Source of the DNA: Ylistrum balloti
Lineage: Eukaryota
Direction: 5' to 3'
NCBI RefSeq assembly: GCF_031769215.1
Contig: NW_026782212.1
Location: forward strand, 620,001 to 684,000
Length of the DNA: 64,000 bases
Both the position numbers and the translations under genes were made by a program. The notes under the pieces are model-generated. The model made no database searches and was not told the DNA's origin. It worked only from the letters and a program-made list of their open reading frames with translations. Positions 1 through 13,320 of the stretch are shown piece after piece (positions within the stretch are counted from its first letter, which is position 1; the number at the start of each line of letters is the position of its first letter).

Positions 1-200
1 TCATTTTTTTCTGGAAGATATGATAGAGTTTTCACTTTTAGTGAACATTCTTTCAGGAAGACAAGATTTCACAATCCCGAACAAGTCATTGTTGCAGGAA
101 GACTCGGTAAGACTCGTAATTTACAATATAATAATCTGTCACTCGTACCGCCATACCTCCAATCTCACCTTGAAGGGTGTCAGAGAGACATAATATATCT

Positions 201-738
201 ATCCCCAAGGTAGTCAGTGTTTCAGGGAGACAGGATACAACTATCCCCAAGGTAGTCAGTGTTTCAGGGAGACAGGATACAACTATCCCCAAGGTAGTCA
301 GTGTTTCAGGGAGACAGGATACAACTATCCCCAAGGTAGTCAGTGTTTCAGGGAGACAGGATACAACTATCTCCAAGGTAGTCAGTGTTTCAGGGAGACA
401 GGATACAACTCTCCTCTATTTATTCATTTTTTTAGGGATATGGAATACAACTATCCCCAAGGTAGTCATTGTTTCAGGGAGATTTGGGACAACTATCCCC
501 AAGGTAGTCAGTGTTTCAGGGAGACAGAATACAACTATCCCCAAGATAGTCAGTGTTTTAGGGAGATGGGATACAACTATCCCCAAGGTAGTCAGTGTTT
601 TAGGGAGACGGGATACAACTATCCCCAAGGTAGTCAGTGTTTCAGGGAGACGGGATACAACTATTCCCAAGGTAGTCAGTGTTTCAGGGAGATTTGGGAC
701 AACTATCCCCAAGGTAGTCAGTGTTTTAGGGAGATGTG
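201..738. repeat. 42-bp minisatellite (~13 units)
   Basis: Unit ATCCCCAAGGTAGTCAGTGTTTCAGGGAGACAGGATACAACT recurs at 201, 243, 285, 327, 369, then 453 onward; 411-452 is a diverged unit still in register. Explains the 14-aa-periodic ORFs. Confidence 0.97.
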
Positions 739-2163
739 ATAAAACGTTACTCTAGGTATCCATCGTATCGGGAAGACTGAGGTATTCATTGTTATATAAC
801 GATTAGATGAATATAGACGGGGATAGGGTTATATTGTAAGTAACCGTCGATCAATAGAGAAAGGGTGAATAATATTATAAGCATTCCTTGTTTCCTAGAG
901 GATTGATACATCTATGTTTAGGAAATCGACTCACAGATAAGGAGATGTAGTGTATAGTCATTATTCCATACAGAAGTTATAGATGCCAGTTGTTGCTTTT
1001 AAGACACCAACTTCAACCCTTACTTTCTTGTTTCATTTGAAAAAAAAATATATGATCACATCTGGTTGTGATATAGCTTGATATCAACCAGCAAGTTATA
1101 AACCAAAACGCAATCTGTGCCGTCTAAAAGAGTTACATTCCCTGGGATCTTCCGATTTGGAAACACGTCAGTAGATATATCCTTGAACTATACATTTTCT
1201 AATCTCCTCTTCGACAAATTAATATAAACACAATAATTTCTTTGTATACGGTATCTGCATCTATCCCATTTATGCACATTTGTAACAGTCCTTGATATCG
1301 ACAACATGTATACAATGTGTTTTGATTCATAGAATGCGATTGTGATTTTTACGGAGAAACTTAATATGACACACCAGAGACACAGTGTAAAGCCAATGTG
1401 TGATAAATTGTAAATTGAAACATCGATTGTCAATTTTATGAAGAAATTCTAATTTCGAACACGAATTAGAACCCTTCCACAAAAGGCATTACGAATACTT
1501 TGGAGACTCAGGTGTTTGTATTTAAAGCGATTCTGATTTCTCAGGAGATTTTAGATCGCCGTCTATTTGGCTTCAGATGGAATTTACGCCGTACTTTATG
1601 CGGAACAATGACGGCGTGGACGTCTTCATTCAGCGAACAACCAGTGTTTTTTTTCTATTCACCAAATTTTAAAGAATAAAATAAACGAATGATGATATCA
1701 AATTGCATATATCTTTGTAATAAATTTTCCTACATTTCTTAATGTTTGGCATGTTAACATCATGCATTCTATTCTTACAATGGCGACGTGTTCAAAGGCA
1801 ACACGCTACTACATGTTCCTCGTCTCACTCATCTACTCTGTACTACCATTGTCCTGCAGATGTACCCCCTGTTAGATGACAAAACGAGTGTCCTGTGGGA
1901 TTCGACGTTTGTATAACGAGAAATTAATGATTTGAGATTTGAATGTTGATGTTAAATGTAACTATGTAGTGATCAAAGATGATCATTGTCAAGGAATGGG
2001 ATACGTAAGTTGCTAGTTACGTGTACGTAGGAGATAAATTATTACTTATTACGTAGGAATATAATGTTTATGTTGATCGTTACTGGAGAGTTAAATGTGA
2101 GGTTATTAGTGTTGTTGCGAATAAGTAAAGGGATGCTTGTGTAAATACAGTGTAATTACCAAA

Positions 2164-2260
2164 GACTGAAATATTGGTGATAATCGTTACTTGGGACTGA
2201 ATATTGATGATAATCGTTACTTAGGACTGAAATATTGATGCCAATGCTTACTTGGGACTG
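2164..2260. repeat. ~31-bp tandem repeat, 3 copies
   Basis: GACTGAAATATTG(G/A)TGATAATCGTTACTTGG repeated three times directly before the pentamer microsatellite. Confidence 0.85.
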
Positions 2261-2390
2261 TGGTGTAGCGTAGTGAAGTGTAGTGTAGTGAGGTATGGTG
2301 TGGTGTGGTGTGGTGAAGTGTAGTGGAGTGTAGTGAAGTGTAGTGGAGTGTAGTGAAGTGTAGTGTAGTGTAGTGTAGTGTCGTGTAGTG

Positions 2391-2604
2391 NNNNNNNNNN
2401 NNNNNNNNNNNNNNNNNNNNNNNNNNNNNNNNNNNNNNNNNNNNNNNNNNNNNNNNNNNNNNNNNNNNNNNNNNNNNNNNNNNNNNNNNNNNNNNNNNNN
2501 NNNNNNNNNNNNNNNNNNNNNNNNNNNNNNNNNNNNNNNNNNNNNNNNNNNNNNNNNNNNNNNNNNNNNNNNNNNNNNNNNNNNNNNNNNNNNNNNNNNN
2601 NNNN
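2391..2604. other. assembly gap (N run)
   Basis: Run of N. Confidence 1.
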
Positions 2605-2674
2605 GTATAGTGTAGTGTAGTGAAGTGTAGTGTAGTGTAGTGAAGTGTAGTGAAGTGTAATGTAGTGAAGTGTA

Positions 2675-3131
2675 NNNNNNNNNNNNNNNNNNNNNNNNNN
2701 NNNNNNNNNNNNNNNNNNNNNNNNNNNNNNNNNNNNNNNNNNNNNNNNNNNNNNNNNNNNNNNNNNNNNNNNNNNNNNNNNNNNNNNNNNNNNNNNNNNN
2801 NNNNNNNNNNNNNNNNNNNNNNNNNNNNNNNNNNNNNNNNNNNNNNNNNNNNNNNNNNNNNNNNNNNNNNNNNNNNNNNNNNNNNNNNNNNNNNNNNNNN
2901 NNNNNNNNNNNNNNNNNNNNNNNNNNNNNNNNNNNNNNNNNNNNNNNNNNNNNNNNNNNNNNNNNNNNNNNNNNNNNNNNNNNNNNNNNNNNNNNNNNNN
3001 NNNNNNNNNNNNNNNNNNNNNNNNNNNNNNNNNNNNNNNNNNNNNNNNNNNNNNNNNNNNNNNNNNNNNNNNNNNNNNNNNNNNNNNNNNNNNNNNNNNN
3101 NNNNNNNNNNNNNNNNNNNNNNNNNNNNNNN
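2675..3131. other. assembly gap (N run)
   Basis: Run of N. Confidence 1.
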
Positions 3132-4504
3132 GTAGTGTAGTGACAGTTGTGTAAATCCTTGTTAGTTAACCATTTTTTTATAATTCTTATTATCTCAGAT
3201 CTCAATAATTGATTGATTGTTGTGAACAATTAACAAACGTCTTAATCACGGTTTGGAAATAATGTTTCATAATTAACGGTAAAATGTCCTTCTCAAGGAC
3301 AAATATACATCCTGCTGACCTGTAGTCAGGGCCCATGACCTTGCTGTCTGTCAGATGCTTGCTGACGTGCCTTTACGCCGAAGTTCACGCCATATAGACG
3401 GCAGCAATATCGCCTTTCCGCTTCAGGCACAATTCGAAATACTGATATCTCAAATAAGAGACTCTCTATCAGTATTGGAAACACAACACGAAGACTGGAA
3501 GGAGAAGCTATATCAAATTCAATCATACGGGAAAATAAATGTTTGTCTTCTAGAGAAAATGGGGAATGTCATGTTTGATTTAGCATCAGCGAATTAGTTT
3601 TTATAGAATATCAACTATCAAATTACGAGAGACAGGTTCTTGACAAAATTTGGACTGTCAGTCTGAATACCAAGAGGGCACGCATTACGGTGCTTGCATT
3701 ACATAGAAATAATCGTTAATTTACTCTTGCCATCAGAGAATCAAGTGCAATTTATTTCAATTCATGGACATCGTCTAAAACATAAAACATCAGACTACGT
3801 AGACAGAAGACAATTAGACAATGTGATGTAGTTTTTAGTTCCATTGATATACAGTATTTTTAAGTGTAAAGTAAACATGTGCGCCTCATGAATAATTTTT
3901 CACATTCTGCTTCTTCGCATGCAACCTGGTATAGCATGCCGTTATTTCCTAACATTTTGTTGAACAAGCAGTCAGAAGCAACATATTCATTAACATCTTT
4001 GTCTCGACTTATTTTTGGAACACACGAATCCCTGAATCCCACATCTTATTTTTCTCATTCATAATGTTTAATGGAATATTTGATACACACATATAATTGC
4101 CTACGTATGAACATTAGGCTTGAAAACGTTAACTTAATTTCTCCATGATAAATACACTATATAACAAATCAACAGACAACCAAGTATTGAATCACTTTTA
4201 TCATCATTACATTATTCCACGAACAGTTCGTTATTTGTTGAAGCTTTCTAACAATGTACAGATATAATATGAAATATATAGTAAGTAGTTTGATCAAAAT
4301 AACATTTATATGCCATATAAATCATTTAAGCGACCATAATAATCTAAAATTCATCAGCAGTTAATTCAAGTCGATTGTCAAAGAAACTGTGTCATTATTT
4401 ACACATATATTGAGTAAATAATTTATAAATTAATCTATCATGCTTCGTCCGACGGATGACGTGCAACGCGGGTCTCTTATAGGTCGTTCAGTGATTTAGT
4501 CACC

Positions 4505-4589
4505 AGCTACAACAAGGATCTGATTGGCTGATAAACCCAGTTAACCTTCGCAAGCTACAACAAGGATCTGATTGGCTGATAAACCCAGT
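4505..4589. repeat. 37-bp direct duplication (period 48)
   Basis: AGCTACAACAAGGATCTGATTGGCTGATAAACCCAGT at 4505 and 4553; each copy contains ATTGG (reverse CCAAT). Confidence 0.9.
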
Positions 4590-7500
4590 AAATATACACA
4601 AATTCAATATTCGACTGTTACTTTTTATTAGCGGGATAACGACATGGAATCGATTTTGATTTGCCCGTTAATATTTGTGTCAATACACGTCATGTACAAA
4701 AGAGTAGATACAGTGTACTACATAAGTTAAACTTAAAAATATAAACGTGTACAGAATAACATCAAGGTGAAGCCTTTTCCATCATTGATGTCAAAAGTAT
4801 CAACGGATGATGACTGGGTATGTTTATTCTTAGAAATGATCACTGATATTTATCATGATAATTGCAGTAATGAGTATTACGAAACATGACTAATTCCAAG
4901 CACATGGAATCTACCATTACAATTACGAGCCATTGACTTAAGTACCTTCCTGGTGCAAATCCTGTTACTTTTCAACTTGTTTAATAAGCAGATGTACTTT
5001 AACACAGGTATCGGGGAGATGGAGGATTACTTGAATAAACGTGTTGGAGTAACTTCGTGTAAAGTGTTGCTTTAGTGACGGTAGCACGTGTTTAAATGGT
5101 AGAGAACAGCGTATAGACGTTTAAAACATCAGAAAATTTTCTAGTGGAGACTGGTTTTAATGTTATAGGGATCAGGGATTTGATACCCTAGTCTTCATTC
5201 AATCATCCTTACATTGTTTACGCTTTTGTACAATTTCTACAATAACGTGCCCAAGGAAAACATCTTCGACAGAATTCAGAGATATAACATGACAGATATT
5301 GATCAGCGTGATAACGAGATATAAATCAAACGTTTCAGTGTTACTTTCGCAAATATTAATAACACTTCTGTCGGTATGTCGCTAAGACAAGGTCGACAAC
5401 CATGTACCATTTCATTAACAAAAGCGCATTTTGAAATGAAGTATGTAGCCTAAACTTCAGACTAAATGTGACTGTACAATGTACCAAACTTATCATATTC
5501 TTAGATGTCAAAAACAATATGGTGAGTCCATTTATAATGTAAAAGCTTTCTCATATGGGTGAAATGTTCAAGTTTGAATTTAATTTTTGGCTTTGCAGAT
5601 AACATCATGTGACACAAAATCAAAATATGAAATATTTCAAAATAAATTCCGAGACAAATTTATATTGATTTGTAAGATAAACGTTAACAGACACAAAACT
5701 ATTTTTGAAATTTCAGAAAATTTTCGAAAATTTTTGCTGATTGGTTTGTTAAGTTAAACCGACATAGACCGATATCTCTCCTAAATGTCAAGCTTATCTG
5801 GTCTAGTGAGGCGATCCACCTCTTATTCTTTATTACATTTAGGAGTCTCGTGTCACTCATTTAAATAGGCGTTTTAACGGACGTATTTCTATTATCTCTC
5901 CCGATTATGACCTCTCTGCATTGTCTATATAATACTGGTTTTGTCTTAAAGCCATCAGACTGAACAATAAATCATATGGTAACATGAGAAGGTGCCCAAT
6001 AGTTTAGAATTAGTCTTCAAATGATACTGAAAGTGTGTCTGGCACTTTGTCTGCGACCTTACATGCGTATAATATTCTGATATAGGTATTCTAACAGAAA
6101 ATTGCGAAGCAAGCCAGACATTTTAGAAAAGCTGTTTACCAGATAGGCTAGGACAACTATTTACATCGCTATGTAGGACACATTATATGAGGAGTTTGTT
6201 TCCATTTGGAGTAATGCACTTGCTCGGTGGTATATAGGTGTCAGAGAAGCTTTCCCAATACCATCAGTTCTTGGTGTTCAATGGCTGTTTTGTGTGCAGA
6301 AATCCGTTAAAACATGTTAGACTGTACACCATATAAAGTTGTATTCAGTGCTCGCCGATTAGAAGGAGACAGGATAAAACGCATTTTGAATAGCGGACCT
6401 GCCTTGACGGCGTCGTCTGCGATAAGATTTATGTCCGGAATTGTCGACATTTTGCCAACTATCAATATTTTCTAAATCCGCAATTCTACCTTTAATAGAG
6501 GCTAGTCCTATTCATGGAAATCATGGAAAACTCATTAGAACAGTTAATGTTATGTATGTATATATACGATATATAGGTTCAATTTCATATAAGATGTAGG
6601 AAACGAGTCCGAGGATTGTCAGCGGCTCGCTAATAAAGAAAAAACAAGTTCTAATTGTAACAGAGACCGTTACATAATTCCCTAAAACCAATCTTGTTAT
6701 CGCAAAGAAATATCAATTGAAGTAGGAAATAGTTCGACATAATAGCCAAGCCTCGCTAAAATGAACACTAGGACAAGCTACATGTCCTTTGCTGTACCTT
6801 TCCTGGACCAGCGAGGCAGTCATGCATGCCTCCGGTAAACCAGTAGCCAGTCAGCAGACTCCAGCAGACGACACCGGAAAATAGATACACATAAAGACTT
6901 ATTATAAACAAGGGCAAGAACATTGACATACATTTTATTTATTCTAGTTTCAATGTTTAAACATTTTGGTGACCAGTTTTGTCGCTCATCCAAAAAATTG
7001 ATTGCCATTTTGCGTTCCATATATTAGACCAAACTTTTGTGCAAACTTGGACAACATTTGAATTTCACTTCCTGTGGCGGCCATCTTGAAATTTTGAGAA
7101 AAAAATGTGATATTTTAACCAATCAGAGACTCTGATCGCCATATTTGATGTCCGATCGAAAAAGGAATAATCGAGCTCACAACTGCGCAAAGCCATCTAC
7201 CCTTGATAATAATAATGATAAGAAGGTGAAGAAGAATGTGACGAATTTCATAAATCACTTATTACATGGGAAAGGATATAAGATCCTTAAAATCCCGGGA
7301 ACGCTTAATGATTTCTTCGGCAAAAACATGCGCAAGTCAAGTAAGGCATCATATCTATAGTATCCATTGTGATATCACAATGCCATCTGCGTGTGTGATT
7401 GATCTAATCCTGTGTCATATAACAAGCGTTTTTTATTCGGTGATAACACAACATGGCAAGTATATTGGTTGCCTCTGTGTTTGTTTCAACTCTAATACTG

Positions 7501-9029
7501 GCACGAAATGTAACTTGTTACAGGAAGTAAAACGACACACATTTTGTCTCATAGAGTCAATAGTACAGATGTGTATTTATTGTAATTCAAAATAGGTGCA
7601 TTTCCAGGTTCTTTCGTCCTGCTGCTGAATTTGTTTTCATTTTTATTGAAGAATCCTCCAGAATGATTGCGTCCATCGATGTTGAAGATATCGCATGCCT
7701 ACAACGAGATATATAAGACAGCAGGAAGATAATAAACGTGTACTTCAGTCCAATCAATACCTCGCCTTTTATCCCTGCCTCTTAAAGAAAGTAATGACAT
7801 TTCAATCTTCTTCGCTATTCGGCAAAAATTAACAATTTTCCCGACGTTAATCGAACAACAGCCCAGTGCCCTTATTGTGTGTTTAAGAATATTATGTAAC
7901 ATTTCCTCTGGCTTCCAATTCCCAATTTCATTAGTCGAGGTTTAGTTAATACCACTGTTGACCGAGCTCGTTTGAGTGATGAGTGTGTTCTACTGTATAA
8001 GTGGGACTGATTCCGGCGACCTTTGCGCTGTTAGTGAGATCATTTCCGTCGGTAAGTAAACTTATTCTGAAGTCCATGACAGACATAATACAGGAGGTTG
8101 AATCAATGAAATTGAAAAAAAAATGTGTCATTTACGGATGAAAAATATCCATGTAATCAAGCTGTTACATTTTTGAAATACACTAATATGATTAAACGAA
8201 ACGGCAATGCATTTTGGTATCGAAACTGTGATACCAGACATACGCGAACCATTTATATTCCACAGTAACAATGTTAAATGTAACAGTATTGGATGATATT
8301 GAACTAAGAATGAGATATCGAAATCATAACTTGAGAGCTTTCAAATGAATACTTAATTCCGCTTATTGCATTCTAATTGGGTTTTTAACTGCTTGCTTCT
8401 TTTTAAACCAATTGAAGGTCGGCGGTAAAGTACTGCCTTTTAACTACAGGGAACTCTAGCTAATTTTATGTTATGTGTATTATAACCATATTGAACCACA
8501 CCTAATGTTCAACCCATCACACACTTTGTATTGGAATAACGATTGTTTATAGTGCCAATTTCTTTTACTACATAAGGTTAACGGTATTAGCTTAGATGCT
8601 GTATATTTTCCGTCATGGTCTATAGTTTTTCAACTATAACAATCATTGCGAAGATGCATGGGAAAAGACACCAGCAACGAATAAATATCTGAAAAATGTC
8701 CTGATTTTAAATGTCTATTGTGGAGAAGATCAAATTCTTAATACAGAGTGTGTATATTACTGTATATAGATATTTGAGGTAGATGGGCAGGAGACGCTAC
8801 TCACAAAATTATCTAAAATATTTATAATGATAAATTTCCTGCCAGAATGAGTGTTTTTTAAATACATCAATACAAAACATTTCTTGTTTTATCCACTAGT
8901 TTTAGAAAGAAGTAATCTGGGTACTTCTAGGACCTTCATCTCTTGCTTAAAATTATCTGTTGTATTGGACCTTATGAATTGGTCCTGTATGATACTAACC
9001 GGTGATGGATAATTAGTTTATACATAAAC

Positions 9030-9600
9030 ACTCCTATTGTAAAATAAGCGACAGGGAGTTAGGATACACAAAGTAACAGTGAGTCAGGATTCATAGGGCA
9101 ACAAATGATCAGGAAACTAAAGTAACTGTAAACCAGGATTAGATCAACAGTGAATAAGGACAAATAAAGCAGGGGTGAATTAGGACACAGAGGGCAACAG
9201 CGAATTAGGACATATGAAGTAACAGTGAGTAAGGACCACATAGGCCAACAGCGAATTAGGACACATAAAGTAACAGTGAGTAAGGACACATAAGCCAACA
9301 GCGAATTAGGACACATAAAGTAACAGTGAGTAAGGACACATAAGCCAACAGCGAATTAGGACACATAAAGTAACAGTGAGTAAGGACACATAAGCCAACA
9401 GCGAATTAGGACACATAAAGTAACAGTGAGTAAGGACACATAAGCCAACAGCGAATTAGGATACATAAAGTAACAGTGAGTAAGGACACATAAGCCAACA
9501 GCGAATTAGGACACATAAAGTAACAGTGAGTAAGGACACATAAGCCAACAGCGAATTAGGACACATAAAGTAACAGTGAGTAAGGACACATATATAAAGA
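9030..9600. repeat. 50-bp minisatellite built from two 25-bp subunits
   Basis: GCGAATTAGGACACATAAAGTAACAGTGAGTAAGGACACATAAGCCAACA at 9251, 9301, 9351, 9401, 9451, 9501, 9551, with degenerate units upstream. Confidence 0.96.
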
Positions 9601-9639
9601 CAATTGACAATTGGGATCGTAAGGTTACAGGACACATAA

Positions 9640-10540
9640 AGTAATAATGAAACAGTTATATTGAACCAGTGTACATCGAGTAACAGTGAATTAAGATATA
9701 TAGAGTAACAGTGAATTAAGATATATAGAGTAACAGTGAATTAAGATACATAGAGTAACAGTGAATTAAGATATATAGAGTAACAGTGAATTAAGATATA
9801 GAGTAATAATGAATTAAGATATAGAGTAACAATGAATTAAGATATAGAGTAACAATGAATTAAGATATATAGAGTAACAATGAATTAAGATATATAGGGT
9901 AACAATGAATTAAGATATATAGAGTAACAGTGAATTAAGATATATAAAGTAACAGTGAATTAAGATATATAGAGTAACAGTGAATTAAGATATATAGAGT
10001 AACAGTGAATTAAGATATATAGAGTAACAATGAATTAAGATATATAGAGTAACAGTGAATTAAGATATATAGAGTAACAGTGAATTAAGATATATAGAGT
10101 AACAGTGAATTAAGATATATAGAGTAACAATGAATTAAGATATATAGAGTAAGAATGAATATGGGACTCATAGAGAAACAGTGAATTAAGATATATAGAG
10201 TAACAGTGAATTAAGATATATAGAGTAACAGTGAATTAAGATATATAGAGCAACAGTGAATTAAGATACATAGAGCAACAGTGAATTAAGATATATAGAG
10301 TAACAATGAATTAAGATATATAGAGTAACAATGAATACGGGACACTTAGAGAAACAGTGAATTAATATATATACAGTAACAGTGAATTAATATTTATAGA
10401 GTAACAGTGAATTAATATATATAGAGTAACAGATAATTAAGATATATAGAGTAACAATAAATACGGGACACATAGAGCAACAGAGAATTAAGATATATAG
10501 AGTAACAGGGATTCAGTATACATAGAGAGCAACAGAAAGT
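9640..10540. repeat. 25-bp minisatellite (~35 units)
   Basis: GTAACAGTGAATTAAGATATATAGA with period 25 (e.g. 9730, 9755), with 23-bp variants and decayed edges. Confidence 0.96.
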
Positions 10541-11499
10541 TAGAATACATAAAGAGACACCGAATCAGCATACGTAGAGTTACAGTGCATTAGAATACAC
10601 AAAATTACAGTCAGTCAAGACACAAGAAATGATATACACAGAGAAATCAATTATGTTTTTGCATAAAACCAGAACACATGACATCAGACTTAACCTTAAA
10701 TCGAGCCTTATATCGATATTGAAAAAGTATGTGTGACCCATATCAGGCAGGGTAAAATTGTACATAATTTGATGTGCGGAATGGATTTTTCTGTCAAATT
10801 ACGATCAGGCACCAGTAGATTTCATCAAGATAAACCAATCAATATCATTTTAACGTACATTTATCGTTTCTGTCTTTGACCACACAACTTCATATCTATC
10901 AAAAGTTTATATGTTACAAATGTCTGTCTATTAGCAAATGTTTCGCGTGAACAAAGTTTAGACGTTGTGTAATAAAGTATAGAAATATAATCACGTCTCT
11001 TTAACATTTCGGCGACAGATAAATCAATCCTGTTATTTATGATGTACTGAAATGAGAGGTATACAATATATTACAATTAATGATATTCGATATTTGTGAC
11101 AAATACTATGAACAATTTTGACACACAGAAAGTATATAAACCCACAACAACATTGAACTTAAGTGTACTAAGCCCTTTACTATGAATATCAGTGATTAGA
11201 AGCGATAAACATAAAACGGTGTTGAATCAAATTCGTGTCTTTGTACAAAAGACACACAAGGGAAAAGCACATTCTGATACAATGTGTGTATTCGTGCCAC
11301 TAATCGAATGAAGTGAAATTTGTAATTACTGTTGTCATTGCGACGTCATAGCGTCGTGGTACCATGTGCATTGTGACGTCATCAAAGAAAGTGATATATA
11401 ATGCGACTATAGCCCATGTAAAGTTTGTGTTAATTTGCTGAAAAAACGACAATAAGATACCAATATGTCAAAATGACCGTAATTCAAACTCAAACCTCA

Positions 11500-11790
11500 A
11501 GTCCAGGGAAAAATAAGACCAAAACAAAGACCTGTATGGAGACTTAGGAAAACGTACATGGAGAATAAGGTCAGGATTTTGGGAAAAGTAAGCGTCTTCT
11601 GTTTCATCAACAGCAGCTGTCAGTTGACGATTTCTTTCACGAAAGTCGTGATAATGGGAACAGGCCCTTGAATATCGAATACGATGCTTTCCAGAAACTG
11701 AAAAATTCACTATAAAGAAATTGAAATCATCACGCTCATCAAACAGCTTGGTTGAAAGCTGTCCCTGTTAGTTTAGTTGTTGGAAAAAAT
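11500..11790 (-). mobile_element. Penelope-like element (Naiad/Chlamys-type RT) 3' fragment, internally deleted
   Basis: Minus strand translates TKLFDERDDFNFFIVNF...IRYSRACSHYHDFRERNRQLT, matching the PLE RT thumb motif (LYDKRDDFNFPIVNF...LIRYSRACS). It is joined directly to the family 3' module GATGAAACAGAAGACGCTTACTTTTCCCA. Confidence 0.8.
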
Positions 11791-13129
11791 CAAGATAAGC
11801 CGAAAATGCAGATGAAAAGAATTTTAGATGACGTTATTGGTTAAAAGTTCTTTGGGGTTGTTTAAAATCCACATTCTCTTAATTCCACATCTTCAGTAAA
11901 CACTGTAAAAGACTGTAACCCAAATTTGATAGTGCTAAGAATAGCAGTTAGTAGGTTGACGATGGTATGGTTGAACAGCTACACGAGCCAGCAATAAAAT
12001 GAGTCCAATATAAACGCGAAAGTCCGTATCCATATCCCTAATAGGAAATCGAAATAATTGTATGACCGAAAGCCAGAATTTCGTTTTGGAAAGCATGCAT
12101 AGTGTGTTGTTGGGGTTTCCTTCGTAATCAAGCTTGCCTTGTTCTTTCTGTATGTAGGAAATGTGATAATGGCTGCAGACACGAATCAAGTTAAGAGAAA
12201 ATGGTTTCCATGAATGTTGCTTTCATTTCGTCATACTTATTTAAGTGGAAGTAATATAAGATTATAATGTGGTATGGTCATGCCTTATTTCTCTTGTATA
12301 TATTCGATGGTTTTATTGGGTGAACTTGGAGACTCGTTCAGCGCGAATTCATCATGTCAGATGTATATGTGGAATGAAGGCATGTAATTCGTTTCACATT
12401 TAGAAGAAAATAGGATATTTACAATATGGATATGTCTTTATTAAGCAACACTCATTATAAACATACATGTGTCGGTACAATAACATGTCATTTACTCATA
12501 TTTCAAGTCAATAAAAAAAAAAAAAAAACCAGCCAGCTACTGTCTTTTTGGGCTGGAGCAGGGTTCGTTCTCATTCGTCAGCAATCACATGTAAACTGCT
12601 TGAAATATATCAAAGTATTACCTTAACTGACTGTATAGCAGAGTTTATAAATCAAATAGGGAAGCCATTCATTTTCTTTGGGTATTATTTTCTAATGCTT
12701 TCATTTATTACAGCAAGGGAAATAACTCAAACGTGTTTTATTTATTCATGGAGGAAACAGTTGTTATTATATCAACAACGTGAAATATGAAATGTCAGTT
12801 TTTTTTATGTTTAGTTTTGTGCTTCAGGAAAAAATATAAAACTAATGTGTTCTCACGTCCGGATGAATTATGTAAACTTGCATTTTAAACAATCCTAAAA
12901 TGATGTAGAAAGCACACATAACTACATGGAGACTGATTTCAACACGCATAAATAAAAGCTAGAAAACATTTGAAAAGGTAATAGAAAATCTATTTTAGAT
13001 CATTTGTCATAAACAATGTCTTCTTTCTGCTGAAGCTACAATTGTACTTGTGTCCCTCGCTGTTTTATGATTGATACTGCAAAACAAAATCAGAAAATAA
13101 CAGCATGTCAGTAGAATTATAATCCAAAC

Positions 13130-13320
13130 AAAAATTCAATATAAACTTAGGCAAAATATGAACAAATGAAAGAAAGATTTACACGGAGACTCATGAAAAA
13201 ATACAAGGAGAATAAGACCAGGTGGTCCGGGAAAGTAAGCGTCTTCTGCATCGTCGAGGACATACGCCATTGGTCAATCCAAGTGAGTATTGTCACGTTC
13301 GCAAAAGAGAACAATACATA
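13130..13320 (-). mobile_element. Penelope-like family 3' non-coding module
   Basis: GGAGAATAAGACCAGGTGGTCCGGGAAAGTAAGCGTCTTCTGCATCGTCGA matches the module at 11560, 42635 and 60195. Confidence 0.7.

Larger units (their letters stand above)
2258..3141. repeat. (GTAGT/GTGAA/GTGGT)n pentanucleotide microsatellite interrupted by two assembly gaps
   Basis: GTAGT-type pentamers flank both N runs (2391-2604 and 2675-3131) on each side. Confidence 0.93.

Noticed and set aside
86-755. ORFs with 14-aa periodicity (up to 192 aa)
   Set aside because: Products of the 42-bp repeat being stop-free in several frames on both strands; no unique coding flanks.
2156-3229. Long ORFs made mostly of X
   Set aside because: Artefacts of translating N gaps and pentamer repeats; the same applies to 57622-57952.
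7070-7095. GGCGGCCATCTTG (YY1-type motif) as a promoter element
   Set aside because: Common inside invertebrate repeats; no associated gene start is visible.
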